Made by a program: the position numbers and the translations under genes. From Acidobacteriaceae bacterium (GTDB lineage Bacteria > Acidobacteriota > Terriglobia > Bryobacterales > Bryobacteraceae), in the NCBI GenBank assembly GCA_019244055.1, contig JAFATG010000082.1, forward strand, positions 8,885 through 72,884: a DNA stretch of 64,000 nucleotides, given 5' to 3'. This document shows positions 54,813 to 64,000 of this stretch, piece after piece. Each line of letters begins with the position of its first letter. Position 1 is the stretch's first letter. The notes below the pieces were generated by a model. It had not been told where the DNA came from and did not search any database. It saw only the letters and a list, made by a program, of their open reading frames with translations.

Positions 54813-57281
54813 TTATTCCGCGCGCAGAGCTTCCATCGGATCGATGGCGGTGGCTCGGTGAGCGGGAAGATAGCTGGCGAGTAGCGCAGCGGCCATTAGC
54901 ACGATGGAGACAAGAAGGTAAGTGATCGGGTCGATCGGGCTCACCTCAAAAAGAAGAGTAGCCATCAGACGCGTCACGGCGAACGACGCGGCCAGACCGC
55001 ATGCGACTCCAACAGCCGCCAACACGAATCCATGCTGGAGAAACATTTTCCTTACCTTGTCCCGACCCGCGCCGAGCGCCATCCGAATACCGACCTCGCG
55101 CGTGCGCTGTGAAACCGAGTACGAAATGACTCCGTAAATGCCAACCAAGCCAAGCAGCAGGGCCATTCCGGCCGCGACCGCCAACATGACAAGCGTGAAC
55201 GACGTTCGCGCCATGGACTTGTTATAGATCTGCTGCACGGTCCGGACCTCGGCAAAGGGGACATTGGGATTCACTGACCAAACGGCGCGCCGGACTTCAT
55301 CGAGAAAGCCGCTCGATCCGGTGCGGGAACTGCGCACGGCGAAAGCCAGGGAACGCTGGACGTTCACCGGATCACCCCAGAAATCTTTGATCAGGATTGG
55401 CCAATACGTGATTTCCGGCGCCTTCTTATCCACGCCATCATCGCGCTCGTTCCCGACTATGCCGATGATTTCTCGCCATTTCGCTTTCGTGTTTTCGCGA
55501 ATCCGTTTGCCTAGCGCAGCGCTCGGAGTATGCCAGTATTCTCTGGCGAAATTCTCAGAGACCAGGAGCACCGGACGGGCCTCATATATATCGGCCCAGG
55601 TGTAATCGCGGCCCGCTAGCAGAGGATTACCCATGCTCTGGAAGAGGCCCGGAGTGACGAACTTGAAGCGGCGCAAGGCAGGCAGTTTCCCCTCGGTCGT
55701 GGGATGGTCTTCGACGAAAATCGGGTCGTTATCGCCACCTTCCGACATGGTGATCGCATTGACGAGGCTGACCGAACGAACGCCGGGAATGGCCGCGATC
55801 TTTTGCTGCATGTCGTCATACATGCGAACGACGCGGACGGGATCGGGAACCTGAGCGTCTGGAATTGAGATGCGAAAGGTCAGGATTCGGTCCGGCTGAG
55901 TAAAGCCCGGCTGCACGCTGCGCAAAGCACGGAAGCTTCGAATCATCAATCCGGAGCTGATCAGCAGCACCAGTGCAAGCGCCACTTGCACAATTACCAG
56001 CGTGCTGCGGGTACGATGCCGCTGCTTGCTGTCACTGAGGCTGCGCCCACCTTCGCGAAGGGCGTTCGCCAGATGCGGTCCGGCATATTTGAACACGGGA
56101 ACCAGGCCGAACAGCAAACCCGCGAGCAGCGAAACAGCAGCGGTGAACAGCAACACGCGGGGGTTGATCGAGATCTCCGTCACGCGAGGAAGATTGGCCG
56201 GAGCGATCCTCACTAGCACTCGTAACGCGCCCCACGCCAGGGCAAGCCCAAGGATCCCGCCGATGATTCCGAGGACGATACTCTCAAACAGCAGCTCACG
56301 CGCAATACGTGCCCAGCCTGCCCCGAGCGCCGCGCGAATGGCGAGCTCGCGCTGCCGACCCTCGGCACGCACCAGGAGCAGATTCGCCACATTGGCACAG
56401 GCGATGAAGAGCACAATGCCAACAGTCGCCATCAGGACCCACAGAACTTTGCCGATATCGCCGACGACGTCTTCTTTCAAAGGCCGCAGATTAGGACCCA
56501 GGCGCGCTGCTTCGAGCATCTGCACGCTAAGACCGGGGGCCATGCGGAATTTCTTAGCCAGCATCGGAAGCATGCGCGCAACATCGGCATTGGCTTGCGC
56601 GAGCGTCACACCGGGCTTGAGCCGCGCGAGAGACTCATAGCTAAAGTTGCCGACGAACGCTTCGTTCCGATTTAGTTGGAATGGTAGGACGACCGCGGGA
56701 GTCATGTTCATGAAGGTGAAGTCCTTGGGAAGGACTCCGATGATGTCCCTGGCCTTTCCGTCGATAACCAGCCGGCGGCCGATGGCGGAGGGATCGCCAC
56801 CAAAACGGCGACGCCAATAACCGTAGGTCAATATGACGGTTTGCGGGCTGCCCGGTGAGTCATCCTTGAGGGTGAACCGGCGCCCCATAAAAGGCTGAAC
56901 CTTGAGCGCAGACAAGGTGCCGTCGGTCACGTCGAGGGCGTCGACTTGCTCGGGCTCGGCGAGGCCGGTGATGCTGACGGAATCACCGCGGTAGAGACCC
57001 ATCTGCTGAAACGTTCTGTTTTCTTCGCGAAATGTGAAATAAGTTGAGGGCGAGGCATTCAGCTCAGGAAAGCCCAGACCAGGCGCTTTTTCCCATACGC
57101 CTACGAGTTGCTCAGGCTGTGGGTACGGCAGGGGCTTCAACAGCACCGCATTCACAACGGTGAAAACCGCGGTATTGGCGCCGATGCCAATGGCTAAGGT
57201 AGCCAGGGTGATTGCGGTAAATATCGGAGAGCGCCCAAACCGGCGCAGAACGTGCTTGAAATCGCTTGTAAGTAATTCCAT
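54813..57281 (-). CDS. ADOP-family duplicated FtsX/MacB-type permease
   Basis: 822 aa, starting MELLTSDFKHVLRRFGRSPIFTAITLATLAIGIGANTAVFTVVNAVLLKPLP. It has two FtsX blocks (LFIACANVANLLLVRAEGRQRELAIRAALGAGWARI and VISYSVSQRTREVGIRMALGAGRDKV). The C-terminus is AIDPMEALRAE. Confidence 0.92.
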   Translation of the reverse strand: MELLTSDFKHVLRRFGRSPIFTAITLATLAIGIGANTAVFTVVNAVLLKPLPYPQPEQLVGVWEKAPGLGFPELNASPSTYFTFREENRTFQQMGLYRGDSVSITGLAEPEQVDALDVTDGTLSALKVQPFMGRRFTLKDDSPGSPQTVILTYGYWRRRFGGDPSAIGRRLVIDGKARDIIGVLPKDFTFMNMTPAVVLPFQLNRNEAFVGNFSYESLARLKPGVTLAQANADVARMLPMLAKKFRMAPGLSVQMLEAARLGPNLRPLKEDVVGDIGKVLWVLMATVGIVLFIACANVANLLLVRAEGRQRELAIRAALGAGWARIARELLFESIVLGIIGGILGLALAWGALRVLVRIAPANLPRVTEISINPRVLLFTAAVSLLAGLLFGLVPVFKYAGPHLANALREGGRSLSDSKQRHRTRSTLVIVQVALALVLLISSGLMIRSFRALRSVQPGFTQPDRILTFRISIPDAQVPDPVRVVRMYDDMQQKIAAIPGVRSVSLVNAITMSEGGDNDPIFVEDHPTTEGKLPALRRFKFVTPGLFQSMGNPLLAGRDYTWADIYEARPVLLVSENFAREYWHTPSAALGKRIRENTKAKWREIIGIVGNERDDGVDKKAPEITYWPILIKDFWGDPVNVQRSLAFAVRSSRTGSSGFLDEVRRAVWSVNPNVPFAEVRTVQQIYNKSMARTSFTLVMLAVAAGMALLLGLVGIYGVISYSVSQRTREVGIRMALGAGRDKVRKMFLQHGFVLAAVGVACGLAASFAVTRLMATLLFEVSPIDPITYLLVSIVLMAAALLASYLPAHRATAIDPMEALRAE

Positions 57282-57433
57282 GGATGAGTCTTCGCCTCCG
57301 CGGAGGATACGCGGGCTCGTCCTGTCTTCTCACCTAATACGGAGAATGGTCCCCAAAGTTTCGAAATTTTCAGCGCAAGCGGCAAATCTGCTACAGGCTT
57401 GGGGCCAAGTGCGTCAATTACGTTGAGGAGCAC

Positions 57434-58480
57434 ATGGCCTCTGAGCAGAATCTCGAGAATCCGAAGATCGTCTACGAGGCTAATGGCACGGAAGTGGCTA
57501 CTCAGGCGGGCGGCGCACGGCGCTATCGGAAGCCTTTTCTGCGGTTCAGGTGGCGGGACATCTGGTGCCTGCTCCAAGATAGCTTCGGCGAGTGGAATAA
57601 GCAAAACGCCACGCGCCTAGGAGCGTCTCTCGCCTTCTACTCGCTGCTTTCTCTGGCGCCTTTGTTGCTCCTGACTGTGTCGATTGTTGGTTTGGCTTTT
57701 GGTCAGTCGACGGCGGAGCACCACATCACCTATCAGATTGAATCGCTGGTCGGACCCGCTGCAGCCAAAGCCGCGACAGAATTCCTTCACACTCCGCACG
57801 TGAAGACCCATGGCGCGGTCGGAACCGTTCTCGGCGTCATCACGCTTCTCTTTAGCGCTTCCGGGGTTGTGATTGAGCTGCGCCAGGCACTGAACTACAT
57901 ATGGGGCGTGCCGACACCGGACACGAGCGGCCTTCGAATGGTAACAAGCTTCATCAAGGAGCGGCTATTTTCATTTGCGATGGTTCTTTCGTTCGGCTTT
58001 CTCTTGTTGGTTTCGCTCGCGATCACTACCTGGATCACCGAATTGACCGCGCACGAAGGCACAGTTTCCGGTCTGATCGCGACTCTCTTCCATGTGGCCA
58101 ATATAGTCGTCTCATTTCTGGTGGTCACGGGGCTGTTCGCCGCCATCTATAAGGTCATGCCGGATGTGCATCTCGAATGGCGAGATGTGATCCTCGGTGG
58201 GGCCGTCACGTCGCTGTTGTTCACCATCGGAAAATTTCTGCTCGGCCTTTATCTCGGCAGGGCCGCCTATTCCTCGATGTATGGCGCGACCGCCTCGGTG
58301 ATCGTTCTGATTGCCTGGATTTACTATTCCGCGCAAATCTTTTTCCTGGGGGCGGAATTTACAAAAGCTTTTGCGCATCGCTATGGTTCACGGCCAAAGC
58401 ACACGCCGGAGAAGCTCATTCAAGAGGGCACGGCGAAGCCGGCCGATCCGGGCGTTAAGGTAGTGGCGGCGGGAAGCTGA
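57434..58480 (+). CDS. YihY/BrkB-family (formerly called RNase BN) membrane protein
   Basis: Contains the N-terminal signature FGEWNKQNATRLGASLAFYSLLSLAPLLLL, six TM helices, and SVIVLIAWIYYSAQIFFLGAEFTKA. Confidence 0.82.
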   Translation: MASEQNLENPKIVYEANGTEVATQAGGARRYRKPFLRFRWRDIWCLLQDSFGEWNKQNATRLGASLAFYSLLSLAPLLLLTVSIVGLAFGQSTAEHHITYQIESLVGPAAAKAATEFLHTPHVKTHGAVGTVLGVITLLFSASGVVIELRQALNYIWGVPTPDTSGLRMVTSFIKERLFSFAMVLSFGFLLLVSLAITTWITELTAHEGTVSGLIATLFHVANIVVSFLVVTGLFAAIYKVMPDVHLEWRDVILGGAVTSLLFTIGKFLLGLYLGRAAYSSMYGATASVIVLIAWIYYSAQIFFLGAEFTKAFAHRYGSRPKHTPEKLIQEGTAKPADPGVKVVAAGS

Positions 58481-58647
58481 ATCGCAGAGCGCATGCGTAT
58501 CCAAAGCTGCTAAACTGTGCGTGAGGACGTTGCACCATGAACTGTCCTTCCTCCCCAGTCGCTAGGAAGCACGTCAGAGCATAATTAGCCTTCTGACGAG
58601 TGATTCAACAGCGTTCATTTTTCTTACAGCAACAAAGAGGAATATAG

Positions 58648-59463
58648 ATGGCCTTATCAGGGAAGCAGTATCTATTCATAAGCGATTTTGACCAGACGCT
58701 GAGTTTTAACGATTCGGGCTTGGTTCTCAGTAAACTCTTAAACATGGAAGGCTTCGAAGATCGAGTCGAAGGTCTTTCGCAAATCCATCTTGTGCAGCAG
58801 GGCGGCGAGCTCGTGTATCTGCTGCTTCATGATCCCGAGTTCCGGCGCGTTCGGAAGGAGCACCTGGCCGCCGTTGGCAAACAGATTCGCCTGAAGGAGA
58901 ACATCGGTTTGCTTTCTAGTGTCTTGCGGAATCTGGATGGAAATGAATTCGCGTTCCATGTTGTTTCAGCGGCTCCCGAAGAGGTAATCCAGTCCGCGCT
59001 CGAAGGCATCGTTCCGCCTGACCATATCCACGGCACTCGTTTTCGGTATCACCCCGAAACGGGTGAGATCGAGTCCATCGTGCGTTTACCGGCGGGGTAC
59101 GGAAAAGTGGCGGTGGTCGACCAGTTGCGCGCGCAGATGCGAATCGGGCACGACTGCATCGTGTACGTGGGCGATGGCAGTTCCGACGTTCACGTGATGC
59201 TGCACGTAAATCGCTTGGACGGCCTCACGATCGCCGTGTCCGAAAACAAATATCTGACGCCGATCGCCAGGCGGACGATTTTGAGCGACAACGCTTGCAG
59301 CGTTCTTGTTCCGATGCTCGAAGATCTGTTCGGCTGGTCTTCTACGAAGATCCGCGCGTTCTTCGAAGCAAATAGCTTGACACTTCAGGAATGGGACAAA
59401 GTTCGCACCGATACCATCACGCTCGTTCATACGGGAGCACCAGCAGCCGCGCCCCTGGTATAG
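58648..59463 (+). CDS. HAD-superfamily hydrolase (HAD-IB / phosphoserine-phosphatase-like)
   Basis: Motif I is FISDFDQTL (DxDxT). Motif IV is [14 protein letters not shown] cap-domain insertion lies between them. Confidence 0.75.
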   Translation: MALSGKQYLFISDFDQTLSFNDSGLVLSKLLNMEGFEDRVEGLSQIHLVQQGGELVYLLLHDPEFRRVRKEHLAAVGKQIRLKENIGLLSSVLRNLDGNEFAFHVVSAAPEEVIQSALEGIVPPDHIHGTRFRYHPETGEIESIVRLPAGYGKVAVVDQLRAQMRIGHDCIVYVGDGSSDVHVMLHVNRLDGLTIAVSENKYLTPIARRTILSDNACSVLVPMLEDLFGWSSTKIRAFFEANSLTLQEWDKVRTDTITLVHTGAPAAAPLV

Positions 59464-59489
59464 GGGCGCAGGCTGTATACGCCAATTTA

Positions 59490-59507
59490 GGGGCGCACGA
59501 GCGCCCC
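59490..59507 (+). terminator. GC-rich hairpin downstream of the HAD gene
   Basis: Stem ggggcgc / gcgcccc with loop acga, 27 nt after the stop. It is followed by gttgagcttgttt, which is only weakly T-rich. The 10-mer taggggcgca occurs twice (59461-59470 and 59488-59497). Confidence 0.35.
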
Positions 59508-59701
59508 GTTGAGCTTGTTTACACGGCCAGCAGGCCACTTTCCGGTAACCCGGTATCAGGAGCATTAGGTGAATTCTCCTGATTTGCTGCACAGGTGTTT
59601 GGGGAACCCTGACGATCTAATATGAAATAACGTTTACTTGGAAGCGGCCCATCATTGCACGAGACTCGGCTATCAAAGCTGCTACACCGCGTCTGCTCTA
59701 C

Positions 59702-62257
59702 GTGCTGCTGTTTGTATACGCCGGCACCGCGGGCAGCTACCAGATCGGTAATTCGGTCTCAACGATCATTGGCATTTTCAATCTCCGCAATCAGGTACAA
59801 GCGCCTTTTCAACTCTATGGAAATTTGATCTCCGATCCTACAGCGGTGGCCACGCATGCCGGACTTGGCAAAGGCGACACCGTCCTCGCGATCAACCGGT
59901 TGCCCATTACCGGCCAAGCCCTCTGGCAGCGCATTCGCTGGTACGCTCGTCCCGGCGACACCATCACCGTTACTGTCGGTAAACAAAACGGGGCCACACA
60001 GACTGCGAGGATTCCACTCGAAGGCTACCCGGACGGTTATGCCGTTGACGACCCGCCAATTCGGATTCCCGTGCCGGAAGCGATTCTTATCTTATTTTTC
60101 GCGATATTGGTTCCGCTCTTTTGCGTGGGTCTGGGCGTTTGGGTTGCCTTCGCCCGTCCGTTCGATCCCAATGCCTGGTTCGTCCTCATCCTGCTGACCT
60201 ACGCGCAGATATTCAATGCCGGAGCGACCCGCACCTGGATCCCGGACTTGCTGGCACTTCGACTTTTCTGGCACATCGCCTTTCTTGTGCTAACGCCGTC
60301 CGCCTTGTTCCTTTTTGGTTTGCTTTTTCCAGAACGATCGCGTCTCGATAACCGGCTTCCCTGGGTGAAATGGCTGGTTGTGGGATTCACCGGGGCAGCT
60401 TTGATTGCGGCTTTCCTTTCCACCTACAACGGCTGGTATCGAATTTCCTTGCTCCCGCGCGTCGATAGCATCGACCGATTTCTGAACCCCGTCGTAACTT
60501 GGTTCGATATTTTTTGCGTTGTCCTGTACTGGATTCTACTGATCGATAAGCTACGAACTGCCTCGACCTCGGGAGCACGTCGGCGGCTTCAAGTGTTGCT
60601 GGTTGGCTCTATTGTCGGCCTGGGCAGCATTCTGATCATCTTCGGACTACTGCCGTTTTTGGGCGTCCCCGACCCCGGCGACATTCTATGGCTCGACTCG
60701 CTGGCGATTGTCCTGATGCTCTTCTTCCCTTTAACACTCGCCTATGTGGTGATCGTCCAGCGCGCCATGGATGTTCGCATCTTGCTGCGCATGGGCAGCA
60801 AGTACTTGCTTGCCAGTACCACGGTAAAGATCTTCCGGGTGGCCGGGATCGCGGCGCTTATCTGGTTTCTCGCGATTCCGCTTTTCACTCACCATCACGC
60901 CCCGCTAAAAACAGCGTTTTTGGGTGCGGTGCTGCTGTTTTTCGGCTTTCTGTTCCTCAAGAAGAGGTCGCCTACCGACCTGATGCAGCACTGGATTGAT
61001 CGCAAATTCTTCCGGGAAGCGTATGACGCCGAGGTGATGCTAAATCAGCTTGCCAAGACCGCACAAACGATCTCGGATCCGGCTGCGCTGATCCAGACAG
61101 TTTCGCACCGAATCTCGGATGTCCTGCATGTCGATCAATTGTCGGTGCTGCTATGCCGCAACGGCAACTTCGAACCTGCTTACGCGATCGGCCCGGCTCT
61201 AGCTACGCCAGTCCGCGCACTTGACCAGGCTCACGTTTCGTCCACACCGATATTCAATAGCGCGAACGACGGCCGTACACCGGACCCGCAATCGCCTGAA
61301 TTACTGCTTCCGCTACCGGGACGCACCCAATTGCTGGGTGCGATGGCGCTCGGTCCGAAGCGCTCGGAAGAGCCGTACACGCCTTCGGATCTACGTCTTC
61401 TCGAATCGGTCGCCGTACAGGCGGGCCTCGGGCTAGAACTGAGCGAAACAGCTGCGTCGCTGGCGGCCGCGGCAGTGGAACGCGCACATATTGCGCGTGA
61501 AATGGAAATCGCGCGCGAAGTCCAGGAACGCCTGTTTCCGCAGAGTCTGCCGGTGGTGCAAGGAGTCGGTCTTGCTGGATCATGCCGCACCGTGTTTGGC
61601 GTCGGCGGCGATTACTATGACGCAATCGAGCTGAGCGATGGCCGCCTCGGCCTGGCGATCGGCGACGTCTCGGGCAAAGGCATCTCTGCTGCCTTGTTGA
61701 TGGCGAGTCTGCGCGCCTGCCTTCGTACCATGACTCGCACCGCTTCGGGCGAACTCACGCAACTCATGGCGCATATGAACCGCCTGATCTATGAGGCCTC
61801 GGCCATCAACCGTTACGCCACTTTCTTCTTTGGCATTTTCGATCCGGTAGCAAGGAGCTTCGATTACGTCAACGCCGGCCACAATCCGCCCGTCCTGCTC
61901 CGTAAATCAGTGAGCGGCAGCTATGAGCGGCTTCGCCTCGATTGCGGCGGCCCGGTGATCGGGCTTCTTCCGGAAGCGTGTTATGAGGAGGGCCCGCTCT
62001 TGCTGGGTCCAGGCGATCTGTTGATTGCCTACACGGACGGCATCAGCGAGGCCATGAACTCCGCTGATGAAGAATGGGGCGAAGAAGCTATGATTTTCGT
62101 GGCTCAGCAATCTTCCGACCGAACCGCCGAAGATATCGTGAAGGCGATCTTCGCCGCCGCGGATAATTTTGTCGGAAACGCTGCGCAGCATGATGACATG
62201 ACTGTTCTGGTAATGAAAGTTCTACCGCTTCGACACGAATTTGATTCACGTCCGTAA
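59702..62257 (+). CDS. Membrane-bound PP2C/SpoIIE-family Ser/Thr phosphatase with PDZ-like, multi-TM and GAF-like modules
   Basis: A PDZ-like stretch (GLGKGDTVLAINRLPITGQALWQRIRWYARPGDTITVTV) is followed by about 8-9 TM helices and a GAF-like region. The C-terminal SpoIIE/PP2C domain carries GGDYYDAIELSDGRLGLAIGDVSGKGISAALLMA, YVNAGHNPP, AYTDGISEA and QHDDMTVLV. The start is GTG 59702, and the frame stays open a little further upstream. Confidence 0.85.
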   Translation: MLLFVYAGTAGSYQIGNSVSTIIGIFNLRNQVQAPFQLYGNLISDPTAVATHAGLGKGDTVLAINRLPITGQALWQRIRWYARPGDTITVTVGKQNGATQTARIPLEGYPDGYAVDDPPIRIPVPEAILILFFAILVPLFCVGLGVWVAFARPFDPNAWFVLILLTYAQIFNAGATRTWIPDLLALRLFWHIAFLVLTPSALFLFGLLFPERSRLDNRLPWVKWLVVGFTGAALIAAFLSTYNGWYRISLLPRVDSIDRFLNPVVTWFDIFCVVLYWILLIDKLRTASTSGARRRLQVLLVGSIVGLGSILIIFGLLPFLGVPDPGDILWLDSLAIVLMLFFPLTLAYVVIVQRAMDVRILLRMGSKYLLASTTVKIFRVAGIAALIWFLAIPLFTHHHAPLKTAFLGAVLLFFGFLFLKKRSPTDLMQHWIDRKFFREAYDAEVMLNQLAKTAQTISDPAALIQTVSHRISDVLHVDQLSVLLCRNGNFEPAYAIGPALATPVRALDQAHVSSTPIFNSANDGRTPDPQSPELLLPLPGRTQLLGAMALGPKRSEEPYTPSDLRLLESVAVQAGLGLELSETAASLAAAAVERAHIAREMEIAREVQERLFPQSLPVVQGVGLAGSCRTVFGVGGDYYDAIELSDGRLGLAIGDVSGKGISAALLMASLRACLRTMTRTASGELTQLMAHMNRLIYEASAINRYATFFFGIFDPVARSFDYVNAGHNPPVLLRKSVSGSYERLRLDCGGPVIGLLPEACYEEGPLLLGPGDLLIAYTDGISEAMNSADEEWGEEAMIFVAQQSSDRTAEDIVKAIFAAADNFVGNAAQHDDMTVLVMKVLPLRHEFDSRP

Positions 62258-62351
62258 AATCTGTGGCAACGGTCTTAAGTCGCATGTGAAGCCATTTCAA
62301 TAGGCGCATCTGGTAGCTTTCATAAATCCTCGGTTGCGTAACGGTGATATT

Positions 62352-62373
62352 GAGTGCAAGAGTGCAAGCACTC
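62352..62373. repeat. Tandem octamer GAGTGCAA x2 fused to the palindrome GAGTGCAAGCACTC, between convergent genes
   Basis: Read directly from the sequence. gagtgcaa occupies 62352-62359 and again 62360-62367, followed by gcactc at 62368-62373. This gives either a 6-bp stem with a 10-nt loop or a 14-bp near-perfect palindrome. Confidence 0.5.
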
Positions 62374-62473
62374 CGCTGTCAGATTCCGGCGCGTGAACGA
62401 GCGATTCGGGCCGAGTGCCGACCGCCCAGACACAAACGGCAACCACCGTGCCTGTATGTCAATTCCATCGACA

Positions 62474-63070
62474 CTAGGTGTTATTCGCGCCTTCGATTTC
62501 GCTCAATTCGTCGAGCTCGCGCTGCAACTGGCGCATTTGCCGAGACCTCATCCACAGGTAGGCCACTATCCAAGCGGCTCCGAGCATAATGAAAGGCATC
62601 ACTTCCAGGAATTTCGCAGGGCCAGCGGCCACAGAGAGCGCCATAGCGCAGGTAGCTGTTGCCAGAACCACCGGCGCGAACAACCACGCCACGACGCGGC
62701 GAAAGTAATCACGCCGTTGCTCAATCTCTTTCCTACAGAACTGCAGGCCCGTACTGAGGCCCGCCTCCGGAAGCATCTCTTCCGACCGCTTTCCCCGGTT
62801 TAGAAAATAGATTCCGGCGATGCTCCAGGCAAGGGCGAGCGCGAACGGCGGGTTTAGCATTTGTAGCCAGTTTGGAAAGTGAGTTATGCAGAAGTCATAC
62901 ATGTAAGCAACGACCATGGGCACTGCGAGGCTCCCGATCATCTGCCGGCGGGCTCTTGCGCGAAGTTCCCGCGCTTTCTGTCGAATCAAAATCAAGCTCA
63001 TCTTTGATGTCTCCGTGGGTTGGTTTTGCCACAGTGTTTTGGGTAGGTCACCGTGAAGATCATTCGGCAT
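62474..63070 (-). CDS. 4-TM membrane protein co-transcribed with the ECF sigma factor (possible non-canonical anti-sigma factor)
   Basis: ATG 63070 (MPNDLHGDLPKTLWQNQP) overlaps the sigma-factor stop by 11 nt; the track start at 63136 lies further inside the sigma gene. It has four hydrophobic helices and a C-terminal coiled segment MRQLQRELDELSEIE. No HxxxCxxC zinc anti-sigma motif is present. Confidence 0.6.
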   Translation of the reverse strand: MPNDLHGDLPKTLWQNQPTETSKMSLILIRQKARELRARARRQMIGSLAVPMVVAYMYDFCITHFPNWLQMLNPPFALALAWSIAGIYFLNRGKRSEEMLPEAGLSTGLQFCRKEIEQRRDYFRRVVAWLFAPVVLATATCAMALSVAAGPAKFLEVMPFIMLGAAWIVAYLWMRSRQMRQLQRELDELSEIEGANNT

Positions 63071-63614
63071 AAGTAGCTCCCTGACTGAACCGACGGGCGA
63101 GGATATTTTTAATGCGGTTGACCCGCACGGCAACATGAGCTGGCGAAAGCCCCGTGATTTCTCCGATGGACGCCGCGTCCATACCTTCGAGCCAGGAGAT
63201 AATCACCTGGCGATCAAGTGGCTTCAGTCGATGAACCAACGCTGATAGCCGCGTCAGGTTTATGTTCCTTTCCGCAATGAGATGACTCTCCTGTTGGTCG
63301 GGTAGCGTTTCGATGTCTGCAACGCTCACAAGAGTCGAGAAGATCCGCTTCTGACGCACGACATGCGATGCCCCTACATGGTGAGCGACGCGGTAGGTCC
63401 AGGTTCGCAGGGAACACCGAGCATCGTAGTGATGGAAGCTTCGCCACAATTGCAAGTGGATCTCCTGGCTTAGGTCGCGGCGCTTTTCCGGATCAGCCTC
63501 ATACGCGCTTGCCAGCCGCGCAAGAGCGGTCCCGTATTTCTCCACCGCATCGCTGTAAAGCTCATCTGGGCTTGCCCGTGCTGTCGGGATGGACTCTACT
63601 CCTCCCACACTCAA
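63060..63614 (-). CDS. ECF-type RNA polymerase sigma-70 family factor
   Basis: Region 2 reads DLSQEIHLQLWRSFHHYDARCSLRTWTYRVAHHV. Region 4 reads LKPLDRQVIISWLEGMDAASIGEITGLSPAHVAVRVNRIKNILARRF. The start is TTG. Confidence 0.85.
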   Translation of the reverse strand: MSVGGVESIPTARASPDELYSDAVEKYGTALARLASAYEADPEKRRDLSQEIHLQLWRSFHHYDARCSLRTWTYRVAHHVGASHVVRQKRIFSTLVSVADIETLPDQQESHLIAERNINLTRLSALVHRLKPLDRQVIISWLEGMDAASIGEITGLSPAHVAVRVNRIKNILARRFSQGATYAE

Positions 63615-64000
63615 GGTAGTCGTCAGAATCGATCTGTTCTAACAATTTCAGGCGAAAAAATCTTCGGCCCGTGATTTTTCTTTGTCTTTAGCGGCCGAGT
63701 TGCGTTACCAGGTTACGCGGCACCTCGTCCTATTGCTCGATGTTTAAGTGTTTCCTCGTTGCCGCCCGGATTGCGCCGGCCTCACGCCCAAGCCGGAAAG
63801 AACCCGGCGTTGTGAACGGCAAGTCCGTCATCGGACAGCTGCGAGTCCGTCTGAATTCCTGGCCGCGCCATTGAGTTGATGCTTAACCGCGGTCCCACAC
63901 CATTGCCCCGGCTCAAGGCAGCATTTCTTACCAACTTATCGCTGTAGTAGAATAACAAACATCTATAGTAGTAGCGATGCCACTCCCTAAACTGACGAAA

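Noticed and set aside
54750-54815. Twenty-one further sense codons (TEIERLEHRIDRIEGDVISVV) lie in frame after the TAA stop of the ADOP gene at 54813, which hints at stop-codon read-through.
   Set aside because: The ADOP protein already ends with the family-typical ...IDPMEALRAE C-terminus. A short in-frame open stretch after a stop codon is expected by chance.
57295-57306. A perfect 12-bp palindrome CCTCCGCGGAGG just upstream of the ADOP gene start at 57281, which could sequester the GGAGG SD.
   Set aside because: The possible stem is only 4-5 bp with a 2-4-nt loop, which is thermodynamically marginal. The SD would sit 13 nt from the ATG. It is most simply a chance SacII-type palindrome.
63615-64000. 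A 386-bp region without an ORF at the right edge. It holds an AT-rich imperfect hairpin (gaaaaaatc...gatttttc, about 63655-63690) and a possible gene start, ATG CCA CTC CCT AAA CTG ACG AAA, at 63977.
   Set aside because: Only 8 codons are visible before the window ends. No ECF-type promoter (GGAAC-N16-CGTC-like) could be placed convincingly. No ncRNA fold was recognised by eye.
1-64000. A scan for CRISPR arrays, rRNA, tmRNA, RNase P, IS elements, prophage genes and long repeats.
   Set aside because: I noticed no regularly spaced direct repeats, no transposase or integrase motifs, and no long non-coding stretch other than those listed. The only RNA gene I can support is tRNA-Val. Repeat detection by eye is limited, so a computational self-dot-plot would be needed to exclude short dispersed repeats.

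Overview
This is a 64-kb, gene-dense, high-GC chromosomal segment with about 50 protein genes and one tRNA. All family calls come from reading motifs in the supplied translations and from my own reverse-strand translations; no BLAST, HMM or structure search was run. The content looks like Acidobacteriota (Terriglobia-like). It holds four ADOP-family duplicated orphan FtsX/MacB permeases and many twin-arginine-exported sugar or oxidoreductase proteins: a GMC oxidoreductase with its subunit-3 partner, a GH144-like glucoamylase-family protein, ThuA, Gfo/Idh/MocA and a TIM-barrel isomerase. It also has one RND efflux pair and clear housekeeping anchors (rlmN, rpsO-pnp, glpK-glpD-glpF, tRNA-Val). 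I saw no transposase, integrase, CRISPR array, rRNA or phage genes. The most unusual content is: (1) three adjacent giant polytopic membrane proteins (762, 868 and about 577 aa) between pnp and the glp operon, which I read as a possible GT-C-like envelope-modification module; (2) a relatively AT-rich, translationally coupled operon of an unannotated 45-aa membrane micropeptide, a two-domain SAM methyltransferase and a membrane alkaline-phosphatase-superfamily (LtaS/EptA-like) enzyme, lying downstream of tRNA-Val and next to a signal-less 692-aa beta-propeller protein; (3) a Ser/Thr-kinase-like protein that has lost its catalytic residues and is fused through one TM helix to a SPOR domain; (4) a hicB antitoxin followed by a frameshifted hicA toxin; (5) a 2TM/RCK potassium channel with a TVGYQ rather than TVGYG filter; (6) tandem aldo/keto reductase paralogs, one carrying a Tat signal. 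One ADOP gene at the left edge is missing from the supplied ORF track and was recovered by hand translation.
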